Shown here piece by piece: positions 1-10,900 of a DNA stretch of 53,866 nucleotides. Source of the stretch: a virus (lineage: Duplodnaviria; Caudoviricetes); IMG/VR virus record IMGVR_UViG_3300024908_000010, positions 1 through 53,866 of that record, one strand, 5' to 3'. Position numbers and translations under genes: made by a program. Below the pieces are notes generated by a model. That model was not told the DNA's origin. It was given only the letters and a program-made list of their open reading frames with translations, and did no database searches. Within the stretch, counting starts at the first letter, position 1. Each line of letters opens with the position of its first letter.

Positions 1-1
1 A

Positions 2-493
2 TCTGGTGCTGTTCAAGTTAAAAAAGAAACGCTTGAATTAAAGCAACTGATGCATAACATTATTGAAGATGCGCAATTTGAAGCTGAATCAAAGAACATG
101 AAATTAAAGATGTCTCTAGATCAAAACCACCTATTACAAGGGCAGCCTGATTTACTGTACCGCGCGATTGAGAATGTAGTTCGCAACGCGATTAAATATG
201 GTCCTGATAATAGTGTGATTAATATCGATTGCAGCAAACATAACGACAATCAGAAAATTAAAATTACGGTAACAGATCAAGGTGCTGGAGTCGATGCGCT
301 CGAGTTAGAAGATATATTCAAACCGTTTGTTAGGGGTAGTTCTGGTAGCCAGACAGTTGGTCACGGTGTTGGATTGGCGATTACCAAACAAGTGATTGAG
401 GCTCATAGTGGGCAGGTGATTGCGAAAAACATCACACCTCAGGGATTTTGTGTTGAAATCTCACTACCATATAACGGCTTATCCCTCAGCTAA
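2..493 (+). CDS. Host sensor histidine kinase, C-terminal HATPase_c domain (5' truncated by window edge)
   Basis: N box ENVVRNAIKY, G1 DQGAGV, F box IFKPF, G2 GHGVGLAI; frame is open upstream of the ATG at 50. Confidence 0.93.
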   Translation, partial: SGAVQVKKETLELKQLMHNIIEDAQFEAESKNMKLKMSLDQNHLLQGQPDLLYRAIENVVRNAIKYGPDNSVINIDCSKHNDNQKIKITVTDQGAGVDALELEDIFKPFVRGSSGSQTVGHGVGLAITKQVIEAHSGQVIAKNITPQGFCVEISLPYNGLSLS

Positions 494-676
494 TAAAGTA
501 AATTAGACCACGTCAATCAACACGCACAAACTAAATTGTTGCAGGTTAGGTAGAACACCTAGCACTCTTTTCGCTCTCACTATGTGAGACATGAGCATTT
601 CTTAATGCTCACGAATTTAGCAAACAAGCCTACTCGCTTGAACATCTCACTAAAGTACATTAAAAAATTAGCAAAA

Positions 677-717
677 AAAAAGCATTAAAATCAACAGGAT
701 TGATTTTAATGCTTTTT
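677..717. terminator. Intrinsic terminator hairpin, probably the original tRNA-Leu terminator displaced by integration
   Basis: 18-bp perfect inverted repeat AAAAAGCATTAAAATCAA-cagga-TTGATTTTAATGCTTTTT abutting the duplicated tRNA 3' end. Confidence 0.8.
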
Positions 718-733
718 GGTGCGAAAGGAGAGA
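715..733. repeat. Left att core (duplicated tRNA-Leu 3' end)
   Basis: TTTGGTGCGAAAGGAGAGA, identical to 53740-53758. Confidence 0.95.
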
Positions 734-977
734 AACGTACATCCTTATTTGGTAGTTCTTACAGAGGTAGTAGTTAGATTAATTGTTAGAATAAAATTAA
801 TGGTACGAGTGCAACTTCGAGCACCTCGATTATTTTAAAGCGCTTTATTTCGCCATAAATTAACCTATGAATTAACTATAAACCATTTTTATGCAAATAA
901 ATACACACACTCAACCAATGAGATTATTATATCGCATGGATAAAGTGATTGTGTTTTCTCTTTGGTGCATGCTTGCG

Positions 978-1709
978 CTAGTAACTAAAATTAGTTTTTG
1001 CGTCTTTACCTCTGTAAAGTATTGCGGCTTCATCAAAAGCTTTGGCGGCTTGAATCGGGTCTTTGTAGCTACCTAAATCAATCACATTCTTAATGCCGTT
1101 TTTGGTGATAGTGATTGCCGCTCTATAAGTCAATGTTCTCATTTTAGGATTATCATTTATCCTAACTCCTCTATATCCAGTTTTGTTTCTTAGCGAATGA
1201 ATAGTTACTGGCTGGACATTGCCAAGCTTTTGCCATGACTGGTTACGTTTTATATGGCTTATTTTTACTTTTGAAACTCCATACATTGACGAAAGCTCTC
1301 TGTTAGTCAATTTTAAATTTCTAATTTCAGTAACTTGTTTTTCTGTAAGCTTGGCATTTATATTTTTAACGCCGTCTGGCAATCTGCCTTTAACAGACGC
1401 ATCATGCATATTTGCTGCGCTATCACCCAAGAAAAGGTGATCTGGATTTATGTTATGTCGTCCAAGTTCTTCATGCTTATGGCAAACATGCAATTCGCCA
1501 TCTATAGGCCCATTGATAAGTTCGTATGCAAATCTGTGTGCAGATACAGTTTTGCCTTTATACCAAAATCCACCATATCCATTGCCAGTTTTTCCACCCT
1601 TCCAAAGCCAAGCGTTTGTATTTGAATCTACGTGAATGTATTTAATAAAGCGTTGAACAGTGTCAGGGTCTATGTGATTTGAAAATCTGGTAATATCTAT
1701 TTCAGCCAT
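978..1709 (-). CDS. HNH endonuclease with C-terminal AP2-like DNA-binding domain
   Basis: WLWKG..GYG..AHRFAYE..VCH..NPDHL..N HNH motif; TGYRGV..YRAAI..LGSY..AAKAFDEAA..TNF AP2 motif. Confidence 0.88.
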   Translation of the reverse strand: MAEIDITRFSNHIDPDTVQRFIKYIHVDSNTNAWLWKGGKTGNGYGGFWYKGKTVSAHRFAYELINGPIDGELHVCHKHEELGRHNINPDHLFLGDSAANMHDASVKGRLPDGVKNINAKLTEKQVTEIRNLKLTNRELSSMYGVSKVKISHIKRNQSWQKLGNVQPVTIHSLRNKTGYRGVRINDNPKMRTLTYRAAITITKNGIKNVIDLGSYKDPIQAAKAFDEAAILYRGKDAKTNFSY

Positions 1710-1779
1710 GATTGCCTCTCAACAGGTTAATGGTGGTTAGCTATGCAATTGAGCCGCAAACTCTTTTGCATAGCGCATA

Positions 1780-1890
1780 CTACATCATGTCAATTCGATG
1801 CCAAATATAAGCGCCTACTGTGAATAACAAGAACAAAAAAATAACAAGCCAATGCTCTATTATTTTCCAAATTTCCCATTTAGTTTTCAT
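1780..1890 (-). CDS. Putative 36-aa single-TM peptide
   Basis: MKTKWEIWKIIEHWLVIFLFLLFTVGAYIWHRIDMM fills the gap after the giant gene; not in the ORF track. Confidence 0.4.
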   Translation of the reverse strand: MKTKWEIWKIIEHWLVIFLFLLFTVGAYIWHRIDMM

Positions 1891-1909
1891 GATTAAAGTT
1901 TACCACTAA

Positions 1910-4900
1910 TTAATTTGATTGCTTATCAAATATATTGATGTATTTATCGTAAATTTTTTTCTCTTCATCTTCAAGCTCATTAATCATTTTAATTTTTTCA
2001 CTAAGCGTTAAGTTTTCATTAAGCTTGATAGCGCCAATAGCATCACGCTTACCGTTAGCCATTTTCAACATCCTATCAGACATTTTTGACATTTTAATCA
2101 GCATGCCATTTTCATTTATAAAATCAGCAATAGCCGCTGTATCGTGTGCTTTTTTTGCCAAAGCTAATTGATCTGCAGCCATATCTGCTTCATTTTTTCT
2201 TTCCCAGAAAGCGGAACGTGAATCTGTTACGCCTGTTTCGCGTGCAAACTTACGTGCTATTGGAATGTCTTTAAGGTTCTGCGGAGATACCCCTTGCGCC
2301 CCCTGTTTAACGATATTTGCAGAATCAAAAGCGAACTGCCCCGCGCCACCCGTTAGAGATTTAACCCAGAATTTTAATGTTTCTGGCGATACGTCCACCA
2401 CTCCAGATTTAAAATTACTGCCACCTGTAAAGCTATTAAGCTTTTCAGATACGCCATCATATAAACTACCCTGCGTACCTCGATTCATTAACTGTGAATC
2501 TGGCGTGGCAGGGTTCCATTTTTTAGGTGTTATTGGTCGACCAAAGCTATCCTCATTTACGCCTGGTGCTAACGCCATCTTTGGTAATGTTGGCAGTAGC
2601 TGGAATAAACCATTTTCGCCTTCCATTGGGTTCCCAACTGGCGAGAAGTTTGCAAACAAACTAGATGCAACACGATTGCCAAGCTTGCCATAGTTAGCGC
2701 CATCTTGCGTAGCATCTGCCATGACATTACCTAAAGACCAAAATACACGGTAGCCATAAGGCAGCGTCAATGTAAATTGCGTGCCGAACATATCAAACAC
2801 AATGTTACCGTCCTTGATATAGTCTGGCGTTTTATTCCACTTATCTTTATCTTCATCATCGCCATTCAGCGCCATCATTGCCATTGTGAAGGCCATAGCC
2901 GTCATGCCGCCAGCAAGCGCTTGAGCTTGGCGTTTGTATGGTGATTCCATTAATGCTTCTTGAATTAACTTAGTGCCTTGTACGGCTGGATTAAAGAACA
3001 GGTAGAGCGCACCTGCTGCGTTTGATTGCTCACCTTTACGGTTGAAGTTCATCAAGTTTTTTGCTTGTGCCGCAGACCTGCCCTTGCTTATGCCGTTTTC
3101 GGTTAATGTTTTATAAGTCGCTACACGTAAAGCGTTTTCAGTAATGGCGTTAATACTTTCCATCAGTTTCAAAAAGTGCCCAATAATCGGTATCTTTTTA
3201 AAGCCTGCTGAACCCGCTTTTAAACTCGCCATTGTATGTGCTGCTTTTGCACTTTTACCGTTAGCAATATTTTTCTCATAAACCGATTTATAAGTCGCTA
3301 AAGCCCCTTGATACTCATTGTAGCTAGATTGAATATCATTGCCTATACGCTCTAAATCACTTAGATATGCGCCACCTGTAGAGCCGCCTTGTGCTCGATA
3401 TTCATTAACTAAAGCAGATGAACCTTTATTTTTAAAGTGCTTAACCAACTCTTTAACAGCCGTTGGATAGTTAGCAAATATTTTTGCAGTAGTTACGCCA
3501 CCTAAATTGCCTGTTAATGTAATCGCGCCTTGAATCGAGTCACGAATCGGGTTGGTAAAAATAAAGTCTGGGCTGTAACCAGTATAGGCTTTTGATAGCC
3601 AGTTATTCACTTCACGGCCTGCCGAAAATATGGCATTCAAATGCTCAACGCCCATGTTTTTATATTCACGCGCTGCAATCTCGTCATTAATTTGCAAGCG
3701 TATCGCATGCCCCCCCACGTAAACCGTCACTTCGTTATCAGCTAATTGTGGTGACGCTTGTAACATCACGCGCACAGGGTCTTTTGTTTGATCAACGCTA
3801 AAGTTTGATTTAGTTTGGCCAAACGCTACTTGTGATTGAATGTACAGCTCGGCTTCTTTTCGCGTGGCGAATGTGGCGGTATCAATACCTTTATTAGCCA
3901 CCACATAAGCTGTTTCTCCTTGCTTTAATACTTGGCGCTTAACGGGCTTATCAATCGTGATAATGTCATCGTTTTTGGCCGCTAATGCAAAGCGAATTAA
4001 TGCTTTTCCTACACGGTTTTTTTCGTCCAATGTAATAGCTGATTCGTGATCGCGCAAAATATTTTCAATAATCGCTTCATCGCGCAACCCATGGCCTAGA
4101 CGTTGTTTGTTTCTAACACGAACATTTAAGCCTTGTCCAGTGCCGGTGGTCGTGCCAGCATCGTCACCGCCCTTAACTGGCACATACATTTCATAAGCGC
4201 TTTCCCAAGCCGCCACCAGTTCGGGAGTCAATAACCCAGAATCGATTTTTATTTTTTTAGTTTGCTCGGTAATTTTGCGCCAATCGTTAGCGATGCTTTT
4301 CAATTCCACAAAGTTTGGCAACTCTTTAAAAGCGTCCATTGCGTCTTGCGCTTCTGCATCGCTTACGCCAAATGCAGTTGCATCTTCTCTGTTCTGCAAC
4401 TGTCTAGCGCGTTTGTTTGCCTCTGGCGCATGTTGCGCTTTTAGAAAATCGCCTATTTGTTCCATGCTTAAATCAGCCGCTTGTGTGCGCTTGATTAACG
4501 GCTCTACTTGGCCTTCTCTAAAGTCCTCTTTACGGGTAGATATACGCCCACTCATGAGCGTTTCCGCTAAGTAAACGTCTGCGGCTTCGTCTAATTCCAA
4601 GCCTTTTTCAACTAGAAAATCTTGCAAAACTTTAAAACGGTTAAACTTATCTTGGCCTATACGTTGAATCTTTTGCGCTGTGGTTTCGGCTGGTATTTCG
4701 TTGTTTAAATTGCCTTGCGATGAAGTGCGACTAAAACGAATATCAGGATTAGTAGGGTTGAAGTCGCCGTTGTTGCCGAACCATGCTTTGAATTGTGGTG
4801 TTTCAGTTTGAGGCGTGCTGCGTGAGTAGAACGTGCCTCTTAAGCTGTCTGCCAGTCCGCGATTCTGTAACTCGCGCACATACGTGCCCAGTATTTCACT

Positions 4901-7900
4901 CCTTCTTTCGCGGCTCTTTTCGCGTAGAAAGGTATTGTAGAAAGCTGCTCTCTTTGCCGTGCGGATTCCTGCGCGATAAGGATTGCTCGTTTCAGTGGCG
5001 TTGACGGTAGCATCTTGTGAACTTCCATCAACAATTCGTGATCCACTGTCGCCATCTGTTCTGGCGTAATAGTCGGATAACACGCGCTCAAAATCATCAT
5101 TGGTGAATTGCTCACCATTGATGGTTGTAAAGTCTTGTGTTGTTGGGTCAAAGATGACATTTTTAAGTTCTGGTAAATTAGTAATTGCACCGTGATAAAC
5201 AGTATAAATCAGTTCTTTAATGTTGTGTGCATCGTCACCTGTTTTCCAGTTGATTTTACGCACTGATTCGCCAAATTCTTTTGTTTTTTCATCGAATGAA
5301 TAGTACAAATCTGGGTCTGTTTGAGCCACATGAGGCGCAATGTGCTTAGTAGTTCCGTACTTCAATGCACTAGACAGCATATTCTCTGCACGGCGGTAGA
5401 AAGCCTTGGCGGTTAAACCAAGCGGATCACCAATAAACACCTTGTCATTGTTGTATGCATAAGCTGCGGCCAGTGAATAAATACGGCTACCAATATCTGC
5501 GCCTGAACGTAAGCGAGATACGTTAATCCAAACCTCATTGCCCTTTTCATAGATAACGGCTGAGCGATATTTAGCGTTTGGTAAAAACACCTCCCAAGCG
5601 GTATCAGCGCCATCTAGTTTTGTTTGTGACTTACCAAATGGTTCAACACGGAATTGCGTGTTCATATCGCTGGCAATATCAGCTATATCTTTTGCATCAG
5701 ATGGGGCGTTCTCAAAGAAATCTTCGTTTCTAGCAGTGAACTCAAGCGCAGCGGTTAGGAATGTGTCGCCTTCTGCTTTTGATGGTACGCGGTTGTTGCG
5801 GCTGTAATACATATTATTGCTTGAGATAAGGCTAACAACATCCTCGCCCTTAGCATAGCGTGAAGCCATTGAAACAATATCTCTAACATCAACATCAGTC
5901 ATCTCAACATTGAATACCAGTTTTGCGAATGCCTTGATGCCATCAATTAAGCGCTGCCATATTGACCTAACAACAGGTGACATTTCAACATCTTGGTCGC
6001 CACGCTCAGCGATAAAAGCTAAAACTTCACCAGCCATTGCGGTATCGTCAATATCCGGCTGCGATTGTTTAACATCATCCCAAATGCCGCGAATGTACTT
6101 ATTGCCTGCTTTATTTAATGTTTTAACTTGCGTTAGCAATTTAGGGAATAAAGTTTTATCAACTTCATTCAGCATGCTCTCAACCGACATATGCCCGATT
6201 GCTTCATGCGCAAACACTTCTCTTAAGCGCTCCTCACTGTTAATGGCATTGGTATTAATCCATATTTCACCATTTGAATATAGGCCTTCCACGTCATTGA
6301 TTCTTACGCTCAATGCGGCCTGAATGTTTTGTTCGCTAGGTAACTGAGTGACCAACTCTAAGCGCTCAATGAGTAGTTGTTCGCTTCCGTTAATTTCCTC
6401 AATAATGCTTGAAGGAATTGGCAGTTTAGAATGATGGTCAACTAACTTTACCTTAGGTATGCCTTTGTGTGACTTCTGCAACTCATCAATAATTGATTGT
6501 GCTTTTTCTTTGTCCATGCCACGGTATGGGGTGGCATTACTACGGCTAAACATCACCACGTTGCCACTGTCGGTTTCTTTGGTTTTTAACTCGCCAAACA
6601 ACGCATCGAACAATGGATTTATTTCCGCTTGCTCTGCTCTTGTTGGATATGGGTATGGATCTTCAAATGCGCCAAAATCTTTAGCTGCTTGGTTAGCAAT
6701 CTCGTAAACGTCCTCATCTTCAATGTTGGCTAAATAGTCATTAGATCTTCCAGCGTCTTTAGACTTAGCAATTAAATATGCTTCAAACGCTCTCGCAGCC
6801 AACTCTTCTGCGGTACTCCAATAATCATTGGTGCGCGTATTGTCAATTTTAGATGAGCGTGTGTAATAGTCTGATTTGCGAATAGCATCCATCAGATTCT
6901 TAAATGCACTTAGCACTTCTGGCCTGATAGATTCATCCAGCTCAAAGCCCTGCCCTGCTTTGTATGTACGCTTTTGTTGTGGCTTCTGTGTTAGGTATTC
7001 ATTGTCACCACGGGCTTTTGAAAAGTAATTGTCCATGGCATGAAACCACTCATGGCCCAAGCTACCAAACCCATTCACTTTAGTGAGGTTAATCACCACT
7101 TCACCACGTTCAAAATGCGCTGCTGCTGGATTTTTCCCACCTTTGCCACGCGCACCAAAAGCCAAGCCTAAAGTGCCGTTTAATGAGATAGCGCGAGGCG
7201 GTACGCCAATAATGTTCGCAAGATCAAGCAATGCGTCATAAGCATTGTTTAAATCTCTTGGTCGGCGTGATTGCTCTACATAGTTACCAAACTGTACCCC
7301 TCTAAAGCCAAACTCTGCGGCAAACTTCTCAGGTGTTACATCTTGTCCTAAGCGATAGTCAATTCCAACGCGAGGGTTGTTTGTACTTCTGCGCTCTGGG
7401 CGCACGTTTTTACGTTGCTCAAGCAACTGCAACAACTCAGCCTCATTGTCTGCATAATATTGGAACGCCTCTTTAGGTGATTTAAACCCACCTTTAAGGT
7501 CAATATATTTATTTGATGCGACCTTTTTACCAATGACTAAATCGCCAGTGGCGGTAACTCGATAAACGTCCAATTTCGTTTTACGTTCTGTACCTTCTGG
7601 TGCAACTTCAAGCTTAATGCGTAATGCATCTACGGCACTTTGTCGGTCATTGAAATATTCACGCTTGCCATTTGGAAACTCTAGCGCAGTTTTCTTGCCT
7701 GCTTCTGCAACGCCTTTATCAAATGAAGTCCATCCACCAGTAATTTTGTAGCCTTTGGCAGACTTAAACGCTGGATACCCAATTTCACCATACAGATTGA
7801 TTCTGTCGGCAAATTTATTATTTACATTGCTCGCGCTTAATATACCTAATACATCATCAATGCTTTTGCTTCCGTTGATTAGTCCATTTGAAAACTCGCG

Positions 7901-10900
7901 CAAAGCAGTAAGCTCACTTACCCATCTACGTACCTTGCTTGGCATTTTAGGTTTGCTAGGAATTTCATCTCGCATCGCTTTGATTGCAGCAATGGCTTTA
8001 ATATCCATGCCACTAGCAATTAGGTTATCGTAGTCAGGTTCAGGAAAGTGTTTAGATAAAGTAATGTCTTTGGCATCAGCAGGCAATTCATCGCCCATGG
8101 CTTTCTGATAGTTTTTCCAAAGGTCTTTTTTAGCGCCTTCTAGCTTCTCGCCGAAGTCATCAATGCGGCCTACTGGCGCTTGATCTGCCACATCCTCTTC
8201 TGCCGCTTCGTTTGGGGCACCATAAGCATCAGCCACCTCATCAGCCGTGACTTTACCTTCGCGCACATCTTTAATGGTGTCTAGCTTTTCCTTGCCTTTA
8301 ACGCCTGCGGCGGTGAGCGCTTCTGCGGCTTTGGCTACTTCGTCATTTGCTTGACCGTTGCTTGATTGATTGGCTGTATTTTCTGCAACATCCTCGCCAG
8401 TGCTAGCTTCTGTATTTGACTGTTGCTTGATTGGCGCTGAGAACAAATCTTGCGCCCCGGCTGCTGCGGCCTGATCTGCTTCACTGTTTGAACCAGTTAG
8501 AGTGAATGTATCTTGATTGTCATTGCCTGAATTGCGCTTAGCGTCTTTTGCACGCTCGGCATCAGCAACGGCTTGTTTGGCGGTAGTATTGTCGCCTAGT
8601 AGGTCGGTTTTACTGTCTGTTACTTCCGCTTGCTGACTGGCGTTAGTTTGCGTTGTTGTTGTACTTCTTTCGCCGCTTCCAGTATCGCCATTCTCGCGCT
8701 CGGTGTTAATGACGCGAGCCTCTGTAGCAGTTTCTCTTTCCTCGTTTGTGGCTTGTCTGAGTTGCTCATTGATTTCATCCTCTGTTAATAGTTCTGCCGC
8801 CTCTTGAACATCGCTTTCAGCTGTTGCTCCTGCGTCTTGGTAGTATTGATTCGCTTGAGCCTCTTCAACAACTGCATACGGCAATACTGATTCACCGTTT
8901 CGTATTTTTTCCGAAAGGTAATCATACGCCTCTGTTGAATCAAAAGCATCATCATTAGCGCCGTTAGATTCAAGGCGCATGTTGTATGGTAGGTAATCGA
9001 CTAAATCACCTGATTCAATCAAGCCCTTGAGTGAACGGTTAGATGCTTGTTTGAATACTTGGTTATATCCACCAGGCGCAAAGCCTTTTACTTCGCCTGT
9101 AACATCTTGTTTTTCAGATAGCTTAATGCCGCCAATGTCACGTAGGGTTGCTAGTAGCGTCTTAGGTTTGTATTGTTTAGGTGATTTTGGCTTTTGTACT
9201 TTAGATGTTGTAGCACCACTCTCAACGGTTGAGCTTGGGAATTCTTTAACATCATCAAGCAACTGAGCAATAGGCGCATTCAAACGGATTACATCAACAT
9301 CGCCGCCTTTGTTTAATTTAGATAGCCATTGATGATGGCCGTCTAACACATGGTTGTCAGATGAAACCAAGATTGAACGGTCACCGCCTGCATACTTGCT
9401 TGCCTTCTTAACCTTGGCTTCTGAAAACTCTTGCTGTGTTGGTTTAAGTGATGATGCTGGTACCGTTTCTTGCGTGTGGTCCACGCCTCTAGCATTCAAA
9501 AAGTTAACCATCGCGCCACGGTGCTCTGCTTTTACTTGCGGCATTTCTGAGCGTGGAATGTTTAGCGTGCCAGATTCAGGACTGAATGCGGTCCACTCTT
9601 TGTTAATTTTCTCACCAACATGTACGCCTTTTACCTTTTCATCGACACGTTCCGCTGTTGTGTTTACGCTATCGACATTAGTAATGCCACGTAACTTCAA
9701 CTCTTCATCAATTTGGCTAATGACTTTTGCATCAGTGGTCATGCTGCGCATCTTCGGCAAGAAGTCGTCTGTGGCTTGGGCGAATGGACGTGATACTGCA
9801 TCTTCGCCATTAAGTATAGCTATTGCATCGTTCCCTTGTATTCCATTTCCATTAAGTTGATCGCTTCCGCTGCCTTGTGCAGATGCTTCGGTAGAGTTAT
9901 CAATTGGTCCTGTATCGCTCCGTCCTGCAAGCTGATTAGGTAAATCTCCCAAGCTTCCTTGTATGTTATCACTTGAGCCTGTAATGGTTTCGTTAGCCAG
10001 CTCGGTAGTGGCATTAGTCGTATCGCTGACATTCTCATCCCCTAAAATATCGCTTGCTGGTATGGCTTCTGTGGCGCTTTGCACTTCTGCAAGTAAGGCA
10101 TCATCACTGATTGAATTTAACAAGCCTGTTTGTGGCACGGGTATATCAATTGCTTTTTCAGCAAGCGCAATAGCGTCATCAATACTTGCATCGGGATTGG
10201 TAATATTGGCAAGCGCTGTATCTGCCTCGGCTTGTTTAGCGTCAAACTCAACTTGTAGTGTTTCAGCGTCAATGTCGCCTTGAGTGTTACCATCAACACG
10301 GACATTTGAAGTAACTTGCTTAAAAGATCCAGCACCTTGCAACGCGCCGACAACTGCACCTGGCACGCCTGCTGCTGCCGCTTCTAATAACCCTTGTCTG
10401 TTGATTTGTCCAAAGTCTATTTCTTCTCGATTGCCAAATGCGTATTCGCCAGTTTGTACGCCTAATCCTTGGCCACCACCTTCAACATATTCTTGCAAAG
10501 ATTCTTTACCTGCAGTTTTTGCTGCATTAGCAAGGCGATTTACTGATGATGAAACGCCACTATTCCCTCTGGCAATTACGCCTTCCGCACCGCCCTTAGT
10601 AATCTTATTGCCTAGTAGCGTAGTAATACCAGCAATTGCCGCTGCCGTGTATTTAGTGCGTGCGTCACCTTCTGCCTCGCTAAATGCGCCGCCTGCGTTT
10701 ACACCAACGTTCATGGCAATAGCGGCTTGTGTGCCTTTTTCACGGCCATACCTTGCAGCTAGCGTTTTGATTGACTCTGCATTACGCCCAGCATATTTAG
10801 CAGTTAAGTTCGCTGCTGCCTTTTCACTGGCTAGTTTAGTCACGCCTGCACCAACGCCACCACTTGCTAACATAAAGCCAAGTGAAGGGATTGCAACATC

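Noticed and set aside
591-610. Host intergenic palindrome TGAGCATT-tctt-AATGCTCA
   Set aside because: Single short hairpin with no further support for a function
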